NCBI RefSeq assembly: GCF_006345805.1
Contig: NC_043001.1
Location: 11,718,001-11,782,000 of the forward strand
Length of the DNA: 64,000 nt
Origin: Octopus sinensis
Taxonomy: Eukaryota
Direction of reading: 5' to 3'
Within the stretch, counting starts at the first letter, position 1; each line of letters begins with the position of its first letter. The position numbers and the translations under genes are program-made. Shown in pieces: positions 1 through 12,276 of this stretch. The notes beneath the pieces were generated by a model. That model ran no database searches. It was given only the letters and a program-made list of their open reading frames with translations, and was not told where the DNA came from.

Positions 1-1
1 A

Positions 2-715
2 TTATAGAGGCACCAACTTTAAGTTTGAGAATGTGTGGTGGTAGTCCGGGGTGCTCGGGAACACTGCATCTCTGAGATCAGAAGGCGTTTTAACAATGGT
101 ACAAATGGAATCGATGGCAATATTACCATTTTCATCCCCTGGTATTTTCCCTTCGCCAAGTGCAAGGAGGGTGTGAGAAAATGCTGCTGATGTGATATTA
201 CGTCGCATATGAGCACGCATATTGGTGTGAAGTTTGAGAGTCTTCACCAGTGGCCACAATGTGGATGACTTAAGACACGCACTTACTGCATCAGCTCTAG
301 TCCCTTTGGGAATAACGGGAAGTGTTTGTCGGAAGTCCCCTGAAAGAAGAAGTGTCATGCCTCCCATGGGAGCTGAAGAATGTTTGATGTCCCTGAGAGA
401 TCTATCTAGTGCCTCAAGAGCACCTCTGTGGGCCATCATACATTCATCCCAAACGATAAGCTTGCATCGTCTGAAGACTTCTGCCTGATCGGAGCTGTTA
501 CTGATGTTGCAAGTTGGTGTCTCAGTCTTCGCTAAGTGAAGCGGAAGCTTGAAAATGGACTGAGCTGTCCTGCCGCCTGGCAACAAAGTAGCCGCAATTT
601 CAGATGATGCCACAGCTAGGGCAATGCGTTGTGTTCGCCTAATCTCAGCCAATATTAATTTGTTGACAAAAGTTTTCCCAGTGCCCCCAGGAGCGTCCAG
701 GAAAAAAATCCTCCT
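2..715 (-). mobile_element. Helitron RepHel fragment (PIF1-family helicase domain), 5'-truncated or disrupted, running off the left edge
   Basis: Extending ORF 2..652 upstream in frame gives FFLDAPGGTGKTF (Walker A), followed by IALAVASSEIAATLLPGGRTAQSIFKLP, IVWDECMM (Walker B-like), LLLSGDFRQTLPV and LKLHTNMR, the typical Helitron helicase motif order. An in-frame stop lies just upstream of the Walker A segment. Confidence 0.9.
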
Positions 716-1157
716 AAAGGCATTTTAACAAAAATGCTTCCGTAAAGACTGTGAAAATATTGTCAATTTACCCAAACAGGGACACAATTCAATTTGGAAA
801 AAATAACGAAAGCCCCTTCTCCGAAAGCGGGAGGGTTACGGTTTACAATTATTTAACAAATGCAACACAACATCGTTTCCCTGGCGAGGAACCAACATAC
901 GTGATTACAATAGTCAAACAGTAATAATAATAACAAACCTTTTTAATTTATCCCCATTTATGTGAAACCACTTATTCAATTTCAAGTCATTGATGCAATT
1001 TTATACGAATTGCTAATGCACACACACACACAATAAGGTTGAAAAATTGAATATTAATTTGATTAATATGAATTGAAAACCAGTGGTGTAGCATATAAGA
1101 CCATAGCGGATCTTCCTCTAGCAAAAACGAGGACCACTATTAATGGCTCATCCCTGT

Positions 1158-1189
<32 letters not shown>

Positions 1190-1378
1190 CACAAACACAC
1201 ACACACACAGCTTAGCTTACAATTTTCTTTCAACAATTGACACTGTCATATATGTATATGTTTGCGTGTCTATGTGTGTAAAGAGGAAGTGGGAGTAATA
1301 GGCGGAGTGAAGCCTTTGAAGTGAATGAAGGAAATCGTAAAATATTGAGTTTTCTCGAATTTTTGCTTAATTGTGTGT

Positions 1379-1460
1379 CAAGGTGCCACGCAGTGGGATT
1401 GAACCCGGAACCATGTGGTTGGTAAGCAAGCTACTTACCAAACAGCCACTCCTGCGCCTA
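1379..1460 (-). mobile_element. SINE family A, tRNA-like head fragment
   Basis: Reverse complement AGGCGCAGGAGTGGCTGTTTGGTAAGTAGCTTGC...GGTTCAATCCCACTGCGTGGCACCTT matches the head of the full copy at 54338. Confidence 0.85.
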
Positions 1461-1488
1461 CATATATATACACACACACATATATACT

Positions 1489-1519
<31 letters not shown>

Positions 1520-1649
1520 ACACATATATATATATATATATAATTCCATACATTTTGCACCTATGCTTTTCGAAATTAGAATGTCTGTTGTTTTAGCCGC
1601 CCCTATTAACTCATTCGTTGCACTACAAATGTGTAATGGGGGGAAACAC

Positions 1650-1860
1650 CCTTCGGCCACCAATGTTATATAAGGGAAAAGCGAAAGTAGATACTGCTAG
1701 GCACCAGTGACGTTGCAACTCATTTCTATAGCTCAGTGAACTGGAGCAGCGTGGAATAAAGCGTCTTGCTCTAGAACACAACGTACGGCCCAGTGCTGAA
1801 ATTGAACTCACTACCTCACGTTTGATTGTCTGACGTTCTAACCACAGAGCCATATACCTT
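1650..1860 (-). mobile_element. SINE family D, diverged copy
   Basis: Minus strand has A/B-box-like TGGCTCTGTGGTTAG and GAGTTCAATTT followed by CGTTGTGTTCTAGAGCAAGAC; the plus-strand CCACCAATGTT...GGCACCAGT matches the repeat at 63940-64000. Confidence 0.7.
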
Positions 1861-2010
1861 CACGTACATGTACACATGTTTATTTTATCAATCTAATTTC
1901 AGTTATGCCTTACAATGGGCATTCATGGCTGCCCAACCACCAAGAGTTTTTATTTGATCAGATACTATTTTCAGTCTATAAAGTATATTCTTATATACTT
2001 TACAATACGA

Positions 2011-2708
2011 AGGCGGCGACTTGGCAGAAACGTTAGCACGCCGGGCGAAATGCTTAGCGGTATTTCGTCTGGGTTACGTTGTGAGTTCAAATTCCGCCGA
2101 GGTCGACTTTGCCTTTCATCCTTTCGGGGTCGATAAATTAAGTACCAGTTACGCATTGGGGTCGATGTAATCGACTTAATACCTATGTCTGTCCTTGTTT
2201 GTCCCCTCTGTGTTTAGCCCCTTGTGGGTAATAAAGAAATAGGTTTTTCGTTTGCCGTTACGTTCTGAGTTCAAATTCCGCCGAGGTCAACATTGCCTTT
2301 CATCATTTCGGGGTCGATTAAATAAGTACCAGTTACGCGCTGGGCTCGATATAATCGATTTAATCCGTTTCTCTGTCCATGTTTCTCCCCTCTGTGTTTT
2401 ACCCCTTGTGGGTAATAAAAAAATAGATATTTCGTCTGCCGCTACGTTCTGAGTTCAAATTCCGCCGAGGTCGACTTTGCCTTTCATCCTTTCGGGGTCG
2501 ATTAAATAAGTACCAGTTACGCACTGGGGTCGATATAATCGACTTAATCCGTTTGTCTGTCCTTGTTTGTCCCCTCTGTGTTTAGCCCCTTGTGGGTAGT
2601 AAAGAAAAGGATATTTCGTCTGTCTTTGCATTCTGAGTTCAAATTCCGCAAAGGTCGACCTTGTCTTTTATCGTTTCGGGGTCGATAAATTAAACACCAG
2701 TTGCGTAC
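2011..2708 (+). mobile_element. SINE family B, head-to-tail array (one full copy, two headless units of about 183 bp, one partial)
   Basis: GGCGGCGA..TGGCAGAAACGTTAGCACGCCGGGCGAAATG head, then the body GTTCAAATTCCGCCGAGGTCGACTTTGCCTTTCATCCTTTCGGGGTCGATAAA...GTAGTAAAGAAATAG repeated; the central block resembles the Meta/MESC-type SINE domain (by eye). Confidence 0.9.
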
Positions 2709-3244
2709 AGTTGCCTATTGAGCCCCTGTCCCAAAATTACGGGCCTTGCGCCAAGAGTAAAAAAGTATAATTAGCACGCCGAATAAAATGCTTAGTGTCT
2801 TTCCGTCCGTCATTATGTCCTGAGTTCAAATCTTCCCGAGGTCGATATTGTCCTTCATCCATTTCGGAGTCGATAAACTAAGTAACTGTTGAACACTGGA
2901 ATCAATATAATCGACTTACCGAACACTCGAAATTGCTGATTCTGTGCCAAAGTTTGAGACTAGTATACTTTACAAGATGAATATTATGTGTGTGTATTCT
3001 TTCAATAAATATACATACACAAATACACACACACAGACATATATGTTTTTGTACACATGTTTGTGCGTTTGTGTGTGTGTGATCGCCATTGTTTCTAAGA
3101 ACAAATACCTAAAACTTACATGAATGCAATGAATAAAAATTTATTATTTACTTGAGTTTTATAAGTGGAAGTTATTGCTGGAGAGATTATTTACACCAGA
3201 CCGGTTTCCAACTTAATGTGAAGAACGAATAAGATATTAGATAA

Positions 3245-3247
<3 letters not shown>

Positions 3248-3299
<52 letters not shown>

Positions 3300-3352
3300 A
3301 TATTATATATATATATACATATGTATATATATACATACATATATATATACAT

Positions 3353-3383
<31 letters not shown>

Positions 3384-3456
3384 TGCATATATATGTAATA
3401 TATATATATATCTTATATATATTATATATATATATATATATATACATATATATGCA

Positions 3457-3547
<91 letters not shown>

Positions 3548-3566
3548 ATGTATATATAATATATAT

Positions 3567-3617
<51 letters not shown>

Positions 3618-3627
3618 TATATGTATA

Positions 3628-3666
<39 letters not shown>

Positions 3667-3735
3667 CTATATATATAAGTATTTATACACACATGTGGAT
3701 GTATTCATAAGTATAAGAATACCTCCATCCCTACA

Positions 3736-3771
<36 letters not shown>

Positions 3772-3777
3772 TATATG

Positions 3778-3818
<41 letters not shown>

Positions 3819-3830
3819 TGTGTGTTTATA
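3248..3830. repeat. Compound (TA)n/(TACA)n/(TG)n microsatellite
   Basis: Directly visible; source of several YI-rich pseudo-ORFs. Confidence 0.95.
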
Positions 3831-3900
3831 TATACAAAGTCATTTATCGATGAAAGTTTTATTGCCTGTCTCTCTGCGCATGTCATTTATCATGCTTAAG

Positions 3901-3959
3901 AGAAAAGAAAGTTAACGTAAAAGAATTCGTAGACATAATTTGTGTTGCACACGAATTAG
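3901..3959 (+). CDS. Candidate host-gene exon (EKKVNVKEFVDIICVAHEL)
   Basis: AG at 3899-3900, donor AG|GTATTT at 3960, open frame; phase-1 end joins the 4318 exon in frame. Confidence 0.4.
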
Positions 3960-4317
3960 GTATTTAGTTAATTTTTGCGTTAGGAACGCGAAAAGAAAAT
4001 TATAGCAAAGAAAAGTGTTAACTATTGCTTTGTATGGAAGCAGTTTGTGCTGGCTAACTAATGAACATTTGAAATTGCCTGGGGATAGGTTATTGAACAG
4101 ACAGTTAATAGTTGAATTGCTCAACAAGCAATGACTTTATAAATAAGACGTAATTACATAACATTAGTATTAAAACATCGGTAAACAAATTACATAATTA
4201 TAGTAAATTATGAGAAAGAGTGCATAAGATTTAGGTGTAGTTTAATACCGCATATTTAGTGTATTCACGATAATTATTCAAGCCATACTTAATAGAAACA
4301 GCAGTTAAATATTTTAG

Positions 4318-4400
4318 AAGCGGAAGAGAGAGAAAGATATTTCAATATCGTCTGTAGAATTTTTTTACATTTCTATCTGCCTAAATATCTATTCGAACAA
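4318..4400 (+). CDS. Candidate host-gene exon (EAEERERYFNIVCRIFLHFYLPKYLFEQ)
   Basis: TTTTAG acceptor at 4312-4317, strong donor CAA|GTAAGC at 4401, 27 open codons, frame-compatible with 3901-3959. Confidence 0.45.
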
Positions 4401-4680
4401 GTAAGCATAATTTCTTCCCCACTGCAAATACTTCTACAGGAATATTGTTGAGAAACTGTCGTAATCTTAAGGATATCATCGTTAAATATATATATAATAA
4501 ATATATTCATCGTTCATACTGTCAGACATTTGAGGTTTATATATATACATTCATACATACATTCGAACATACTTACATCTAAGGCCAGAATTACGTCTAC
4601 TCTAGCACTTTTATTGAGTGCGCTTTTCGCACTCGGTATATATTAGAAACGGGAGAAAACTTATATATCTTAGCTTGAAG

Positions 4681-4730
4681 ACCACCAGACCATATGATTT
4701 TCATACGTATTAGATCTTCTCGGTGGTGGC
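4681..4730 (-). ncRNA. Degenerate type I hammerhead-like motif
   Basis: Minus strand: CCACCA (stem I) - CCGAGAA - weak stem II - GAA - ATCATATGGT (near-palindromic stem III) - C - TGGTGG (stem I partner); GUC cleavage triplet, but core and stem II are mutated. Confidence 0.45.
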
Positions 4731-4843
4731 TACGCGTTGCCCGATATGGCAGCAGTGTATCTCACTCGCAATATATAAAAAATACAGTGTCTTACAAAAA
4801 GTGACTTTGTAACTAAGAACTAATATACATGCATACATCATAC

Positions 4844-4874
<31 letters not shown>

Positions 4875-4929
4875 ATACATATATTATGTATGTATATTAT
4901 ATATATATAGTCTATCTATACATACATAC

Positions 4930-4976
<47 letters not shown>

Positions 4977-5010
4977 TATATTATATATATATATAATAAT
5001 ATATATATAC

Positions 5011-5060
<50 letters not shown>

Positions 5061-5434
5061 TCCACAACTTCCTTTCTATTGGACTTTCCTCTGTTTCTGA
5101 AGAGAGAGACTTGTTGATATTTTTGTGTTTGTTGTTCTTATTTTTTGATTCACTATATATATATATAAATATTTACACGGTCGGAATGAACACTGAGTAT
5201 AATAAATTTTATGAATTCAAACAAAAAACATCCAAAGATTCCATTGTCAATTCTGAATTAAATATTTTTAATTTAATCATAAATTATCTGAATGTTAAAT
5301 GTTTAAATAAAATACTGTTCAAGTGTACTTCCTGGCGGAAGACTTAATAAGATATTGATTGCCTAAAATACTTTTATGATACAAAGGTACACTTTGAGAA
5401 ATCTGAAAAGGAATTTACGATGGGGCTTTGACAG

Positions 5435-5514
5435 ATGTTTGTTGCTGAGACTGCAAAACACATAAACTTGCTGTTATTTACACCATGGCGTTATGATAAA
5501 CAATATATTGAAGC
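5435..5514 (+). CDS. Candidate host-gene exon (MFVAETAKHINLLLFTPWRYDKQYIEA)
   Basis: TTTGACAG acceptor, donor GC|GTTAGT, phase-0 start compatible with the exon ending at 4400; the polypyrimidine tract is weak. Confidence 0.3.
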
Positions 5515-6004
5515 GTTAGTTCCAAGTTTCCTCTGTCTCACCAATTAAGATACACATGAAATATGAAAGGATGGTAATAAAGGTGACATAATGTAGGTAA
5601 ATGACTGAAATGTATAGGTTACAAAATATGTTATACGTTTGTGTATTTATAAATATAATCTGCAAATTCGTGCAATGAACAAATACGCAAGGATTTAAGA
5701 CAATCCCAGTCTGTAGAAAAACAGGATTAAATCGGATATCGAATGTAGAAGTTTGATACACAAAAACGAGTTTAAATACAAGGCTATGAACTTGGTAGGG
5801 TGAGGTTATGTTTCATCAAATGCTTGAAATCTAGATGGCTCTAAAATTCAGCAGGCTGGAAGAGGAAATGTTTACAGGTTAGCAGTTAAGAAAGAGATAT
5901 TTAACGCAGGTTATTTCAACACATTTCACGTTATGTGAGTTGGATCAGGTGCAGATGCTACGTACGTTCAGCGAAGTTTATTACTAGTGACGTATATTAC
6001 TAAA

Positions 6005-6377
6005 CTAGCAGTATCGCCCGGCGTTGCTCGGGTTTGTTTCAATCCTTTAGAATTGGAATTTTTGAAAAGTAAACATTTTGCTTTACGTAGCTTGTTATTC
6101 TCTTTAAGTGAACATTTTTCTGGTTGAAATACACCAAAATATGGCGACACAGCAGTTAAAAAATCGTAAAAAGTAGGGATTTTCATAGAAAAAAAAGCAC
6201 CTTTTGATGTAAATATTTATTGGTCTTAACACGGTCAGATTTGAAGAGCAAGCCTTCCTCTATCATACTCTCAATTTTGGTCAACTTACGCCACAGGGTC
6301 TCGGAGGAGATATTATTAGTTGAAGGCTACCAAACCAGCCATACACAGACAACTTCAGCCTTATATATAGAGAGAGA
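6005..6377 (-). mobile_element. Non-autonomous Helitron, subfamily 1
   Basis: On minus: A|TC start, 3' hairpin CCCGAGCAACGCCGGG, CTAG|T end; homologous to 8419-8809. Confidence 0.85.
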
Positions 6378-6620
6378 TTTGGTAGGGAATAAGGTTTTTA
6401 TTCCGTTTTTTTTTCTTAATTCCAGTTTTAGGTTACACACGACGATCGTAAGTCAAATGTATATCTTCATATATTACTCGATGCGAAAGAATGCCGATTG
6501 TGTCGTAATTTAAACAGATATTCACAACCAATATAATTCACACAATATAATAATGAAGTTGAATTTTTTTGAAATAACCTTATATACAACGTCTTGAAAT
6601 TAACAGTTACAACGTCATAC

Positions 6621-6850
6621 GTGAGCTGGCAGAACCGTTAGCACGCCGGGCGAAATTCGTAGCCGTATTTCGTCTGTCGTTGCGTTCCGAGTTCAAATTC
6701 CGCCGAGGTCGACTTTGCCTTTCATCCTTTCGGGGTCGATAAATTAAGTACCAGTTACGCACTGGAGTCGATGTAATCGACTTAATCCGTTTGTCTGTCC
6801 TTGTGTGTTTAGCCCCTCTGTGTTTAGCCCCGTGTGGGTAGTAAAGAAAT
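6621..6850 (+). mobile_element. SINE family B, single copy
   Basis: Head GAGCTGGCAGAACCGTTAGCACGCCGGGCGAAA through tail GTAGTAAAGAAATA. Confidence 0.9.
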
Positions 6851-6859
6851 ATATATATT

Positions 6860-7915
6860 TCTAATGAATTTTAAAGGATAAAGTATGATTGTCAACTGGT
6901 TTTGAGTTTCGTTAATCATGACATTCAAACTGGTGAAAATATTGCACTTCCGTATTTTCTTAAGAAGTATTTAATCCATGTTGCTTGTAAGAGATATTGT
7001 AAAAGAATCAACATGTAGAAAATATTTCAGGGGAGATAACTAGTGATTTTTATTATTTGAAACATGGGATATAATTGCAACTATTTTGGAGGGGTGGCTA
7101 CACTGTATGGTCGGTTGCAATTTTAGGGAGGATTAATTTATATAAACTCATGAGTTAAAGTAGTGAGATGAAATATGTACTTGACACACGGTTAATCCTA
7201 AATATCCCATTATTAGATTCGCAAGAACTGGGGTTGCCTTTGTTCCCATCGGAATTCCATATTTTTGCCGGTAGTGGGTGTCATCGAATAAAAAGCAATT
7301 GTTCTGGAGGATGGATTTTAAAGTTTCACTAATAAAATCGTCGTTCATTCATTTGGAAGTCTTTGTAGCCATAAGTTGCGTATTCCTACTTCATTGATGT
7401 GTGAGATATTGGTGTATAGGTGGAGGCGCAATGGCCCAGTGGTTAGGGCAGCGGACTCGCGGTCGTAGGATCGCGGTTTCGATTCCCAGACCGGGCATTG
7501 TGAGTGTTTATTGAGCGAAAACACCTAAAGCTTCACAAGGCTCCTGCAGGGGATGGTGGTGATCCCTGCTGTACTCTTTCACCACAACTTTCTCTCTCAC
7601 TCTTACTTCCTGTTTCTATTGTACCTGTATTTCAAAGGGCCGCCGGCCTTGTCACTCTCTGTGTCACGCTGAATCTCCTCGAGAACTACGTTAAGGGTAC
7701 ACGTGTCTGTGGAATGCTCAGCCACTTGCACGTTAATTCCACGAGCAAGCTGTTCCGTTGATCGTATCAGCTGGGACCCTCATCGTCGTAACCGACGGAG
7801 TGCTCCTATATTGGTGTATAGATTAACAGCATCGAAGGAAGCAATGTTTGTGACTTCATCAATTGTCTTAGGTATCCTTTCAACTATATTCATCCCGCAT
7901 GAATTCTGTGCATTT
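6860..7915 (-). mobile_element. Penelope-like element RT relic, interrupted by a SINE
   Basis: Minus-strand peptides IASFDAVNLYTNI (continuous across the SINE) and ILQNNCFLFDDTHYRQKYGIPMGTKATPVLANLIMGYL match PLE RT motifs (FDV.SLYTNI; Q..G.AMGT..AP..AN). Confidence 0.75.
7420..7807 (+). mobile_element. SINE family C, full length with 14-bp TSD
   Basis: A box TGGCCCAGTGG, B box GTTTCGATTCC; TSD ATATTGGTGTATAG at 7406-7419 and 7808-7821. Confidence 0.92.
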
Positions 7916-8418
7916 TTTTCTTTTGTTATATATACAAATGTATGTGTATATGTATGTACGTATATATATATATATATATATATATTATATTATATATTAA
8001 CAATATATATTATATATATATATATATGTATGTATATATATGTATTTTAAAAATGTATTTATTTATTTTTTTAAATAAAGTTTCAGCTCAGAGCTGCGGC
8101 CATGCTGATATATATATATTGTAAGTTCGAGTAGTATTTAAGATATATATACAATGTATATATACAAATGTATGTATATAGCGTCTCATATTTCCATCTT
8201 TTCATCCTATTAATAAGTATACCTGGACCCAGAAAGAACAAATGAAACAGCCCCCGAAACCAAACTGCAGATCTTTCCTTCTAACAATAATCCTTAAACA
8301 AGAATAAACAGAATAGCAATTGCAATATTTGACAATATGTCAGCGCCGAAATAAATCTGTATAAGTGGAGCATGGAGAGATAAAATATAGTTTGGTGACG
8401 ATATATAACAATATATTA

Positions 8419-8809
8419 TCTCTCTATATATATAAAGCTGAAGTTGTCTATGTATGGCAGATTTGGTAGCCCTCGACTAACACTATTTCCTCCGAGACCC
8501 TGCGGTGTAAGTTTACTAAAATTGAGAGTATGATAGAGGAAGGCTTGCTTTCCATCCGTTGAAGAAAAACTTCAAATCGGACCATGTTAACACCAAAAAT
8601 TATTTATATCAAAAAGGTGCTTTTTTCGATGAAAATCCTTACTTTTCACGAATTGTTTATTGCTGTGTCGCCGTTTTCGGTGTATTTCAACCAGACAAAT
8701 ATTCCCTTAAAGAGAATAACAAGCGACATAAGGCAACATTTTTACTTTTCAAAACTTCCAATTCTAAAGGGTCAAAACAAACCCGAGCAACGCCGGGCGA
8801 TACTGCTAG
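8419..8809 (+). mobile_element. Non-autonomous Helitron, subfamily 1
   Basis: A|TCTCTCTATATATATAAAG start, CCCGAGCAACGCCGGG hairpin, GATACTGCTAG|T end. Confidence 0.88.
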
Positions 8810-10944
8810 TATAACATAAACTAGAAGTAGTGATAGTCTGCTTTGTCATAAAATATTAAGTAAAGTTTATAAATTCAGACAAGAGTATATAGACCACATG
8901 CGGCTGCCAATTTGCTTGAAGAATTTCTTTATCTCTTTATCAGATTAAATGTCAGTATTCTTTTGTACTCACAATTTAAGATCGTATCCAATTTTACGAC
9001 ACTATGATGTAATACTTCAAGTTTTCCGTATTGTTTAAGACACGAAACACATGAATAATGTTTTAGATTAAACAATCGAAGCACATATTCACACAATAAT
9101 CAGAATGAAACAGCATATTGTTTGTAACAATAGACTTAGGCATGGCTTCTGAAATCTTTGTCACATATTTTGCGTGTATTGAAGCTTGTAAGATGAAGAT
9201 ACAGATATGAATTTAAATCATCTGAGTCAGCGTTTAAAACTCAAAAGTTCTTACATGTTCAAAATGCCTGGCATATGTCGCTGAATATAAGCGACCGTAG
9301 CTGTACGCATTATCATATTCGTTGATTCCAGTATTTTTATACCTACATTCAAATGAGACTCCAGTTGAGAATCTTATATTAATCTCTCACTAAAACCTAG
9401 TGTTTATATAAAAATTGCAGGATGTTTTATCTCTAAATACGATGTAAGTTCTACTAAAATATTGTCTAACTCGAACTGTGTGTAGTTGCACGATCTGGAG
9501 GTTGGTGTGTTGGGTTCACTATTGGAATACTGTGGTTTCCATTGCAGGATGGGGTGGTGCAGTCTGTTCTTTTCTAGAAAAAAACTTTATTTGACGTTAC
9601 TCCAGTATACACAGTTCTAAATGAGTAACCTTGTGCCGCCGTGGCGTCCCGTTTAGCTGAAGTGTTTTAATCTCGCTCACATATATGCCTTGGAAACCGA
9701 CTAACCCGTCCTATGAATTCGTGACAATATTATCGAGGGATGACGTTTGCATTTTACTCAAATTGTTGAAGAAATTTGCAAATGAGACCGGAGAGTAGTG
9801 ACAGAAAGAACGCATCTCTCTCTTTATTCTGAAAACTTATGGTTTTTGTTTAACCCAGTTTAGTACAACACTGCCCCAGCAGATCTATGACCAAAATCAT
9901 TCCAAGCGTATTCTTCTGATTAACTGTTTTATCTCTCCTTCTTCTTAAGATTATCATGTCAGAATGTTGCTGCCATTTTTCTATCTGAAGCGCCTACGTT
10001 GATACGATCCTGAAATTACTGTTTCGAATATGCAATAATTGTGGTCTCTTTCTGAAAGGAAATCAATATCCAACTGCGCCTACAATGTGAATAAAGTAAT
10101 TACCTGAAAGCGAAATTAAACGAAATGAAGAAAATTTTATGCTATTCCATGAATGTCGAACTTCGCTATTTACTCATGCGAACGTTGCTGAATCATCTGA
10201 GAGGAAAATCGCATTGTATATATGTCTAAAGAAAATCAAACAAATAAAATAAATGAGGCTATGTGAACGCGTTTGAAATATTGGTCAGAAAGAATATACT
10301 AGTGAATAGATAAAACTGGAAAGATTACTTTCTCTTGTATTTGTCTGGTAGTCAGAATAACTGCGTACTCAGCTGCTTACAGTTGTACAATATGTGTGAA
10401 CTGCATGCAAAATGAATTTTGCAATTAGATTGTTTTCTTATTGCAATACTTTCAATATAATTCAGATAAAGAATTCCAATCGGCTTTATGAAATTAAAGA
10501 TATAAATAAATAACAAAACACAATGCTTAATAATTGTATTATTGAAATGGCGCTGACGACTCTCTCTTTAGCGGCATCTATACAATCAAGTCGGCTTTAT
10601 TTCCAAGTTAGTTTGTATACCATTGTCTTGGCCAGTGTTGTGAGTTTCAAGGGATATGAAGTATAGACATGATGCATTTGATAATACGTGGTTATTCTTA
10701 CATTGGATTAAAAGTACATATTTCTGATAGGAAGGGATATTTGGTTAGCTCTATCCCGATAGTTGATTGCTACTTTATCATATCAGCCCAAGAACATTGA
10801 ATAAATATTCGAAGCTTGGCAACAATCTAATGTGTCTAGCAAAATAGATTACAAATATTGTTCGTTTTATACAAATTTGCATAAACACGCAAAAGTACTC
10901 AAAGTCACACATACAAACAAGCGTGATTTAAGGATATACTCATT

Positions 10945-11290
10945 ACTCTTTTACTCTTTTACTTGTTTCAGTCATTTGACTGCGGCCATGCTGGAGCACT
11001 GCCTTTAGTCGAGCAAATCGACCCCGGGACTTATTCTTTGTAAGCCCAGCACTTATTCCATCGGTCTCTTTTGCCGAACCGCTAAGTGACGGAGACGTAA
11101 ACACACCAGCATCGGTTGTCAAACAATGCTAGGGGGACAAACACAGACACACAAACATACACACACACACTTATATATATATATACATATATACGACAGG
11201 CTTCTTTCAGTTTCCGTCTACCAAATCCACTCACAAGGCATTGGTCGGCCCGGGGCTATAGCAGAAGACACTTGCCCAAGATGCCACGCA
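10945..11290 (-). mobile_element. SINE family A, lacking most of the head
   Basis: Matches the 54338-54750 body, including CTTGGGCAAGTGTCTT (CORE-like), the internal microsatellite and the (GAGTAAAA)n tail. Confidence 0.9.
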
Positions 11291-11829
11291 TGAATGGGAT
11301 TTTATAAAAGAGCTGCCATGTCAACATTACTACCTAATTGACACAGTAAGGCTTCATCTTCCATTTGATACACAAACATACACACATACATATATACATG
11401 CACACAGAGAAGCGCAGAGGCACATGTGTGTGCGTGTGGGCGTGTCTATGTGTATGGCTATGTATGTATGTGTGTGTGTGTGTGTCTAGATCTGCGTGGT
11501 CACATTTAAGGTACCACTAAATGCTTCTCATCCTGCTTTCAGATAAATTCTCAGATACCTTAACTAATTCATTCTAATTTGTTAATATTGATCTGTACAC
11601 AGAAACAATAATTAATTTATTTCATTAAGATGGAGGGCTGGAAAAACCATTAGAGTGCCGGAGACGATGCTCAATGATGATTCTTCCGGCTTTACGTTCT
11701 GAGTTCAAATTCAGCCGATATTAATTTTATATTTCATATTTTCACGTTCGATAAACTATATACATCTAAACTTCCAAGTTTTGTTTACTTATAAACTATT
11801 TCATTGCATTCTCAGAGAAGGATTGGTGG

Positions 11830-12100
11830 AGATCTGCATGAAGTCCAGGTGTGGCAAATATTGCAGGCCATTTCAGTTAAAGACCATACGTTTTTCAGAT
11901 TTATCGCAAATGTTTTGTATCCTTCGTCGATATTATCCAACCATGGAGCTCTAACATTCTAAGTTGAGCATGTAAACGGCAGACGAGTCGCCATTATAAA
12001 ATGCCATACCATCTTTAGTAAAAAAGATTTTGCTTCAAAGAGTTCTATGTACATCTGATAACGGTTTTAACATGATGGGTCAGGTCGGATGGACTGAATT
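11830..12100 (-). mobile_element. RTE-like LINE 3' coding relic
   Basis: Minus-strand RWYG.. and RLP...PWLDNIDEGYKTFAINLKNVW resemble the RTE C-terminus; heavily degraded. Confidence 0.4.
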
Positions 12101-12189
12101 CGGTCGAGCACTGCAGTTTCCAGGAATTTTAAGAGTACAACTTCATTAGGTGTACTATACGGAATATAGATGTCTCTTCCCCCCTTTCT

Positions 12190-12228
12190 CTCTCTATACA
12201 TACATATATATGTGTATGTGTGTCTATA

Positions 12229-12276
<48 letters not shown>

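Noticed and set aside
3166-3203. Exon [13 protein letters not shown] that would complete an EF-hand-like loop with the 3901 exon
   Set aside because: The required donor (CG|GTTTCC) is very weak, and the segment looks like part of a microsatellite-associated repeat (GAAACCGGTC on minus).
3940-3965. AHELG as a metzincin HExxH zinc site
   Set aside because: The genomic reading continues GI-stop and the plausible splice gives AHELE; no second histidine.
5060-5160. Family E-like hammerhead (GTTTCTGAAGAGAG)
   Set aside because: The 3' half (stem II partner and GAAAC) is missing, so no ribozyme can form.
5387-5434. Longer exon with in-frame TGA (5429-5431) read as selenocysteine or a pseudogene stop
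   Set aside because: A CAG acceptor directly after the TGA removes it; no SECIS evidence.
7420-7495. tRNA genes at SINE heads (also 13415, 46193, 48959, 54338)
   Set aside because: A/B boxes are present but the cloverleaf is incomplete and runs into SINE bodies, some with TSDs.
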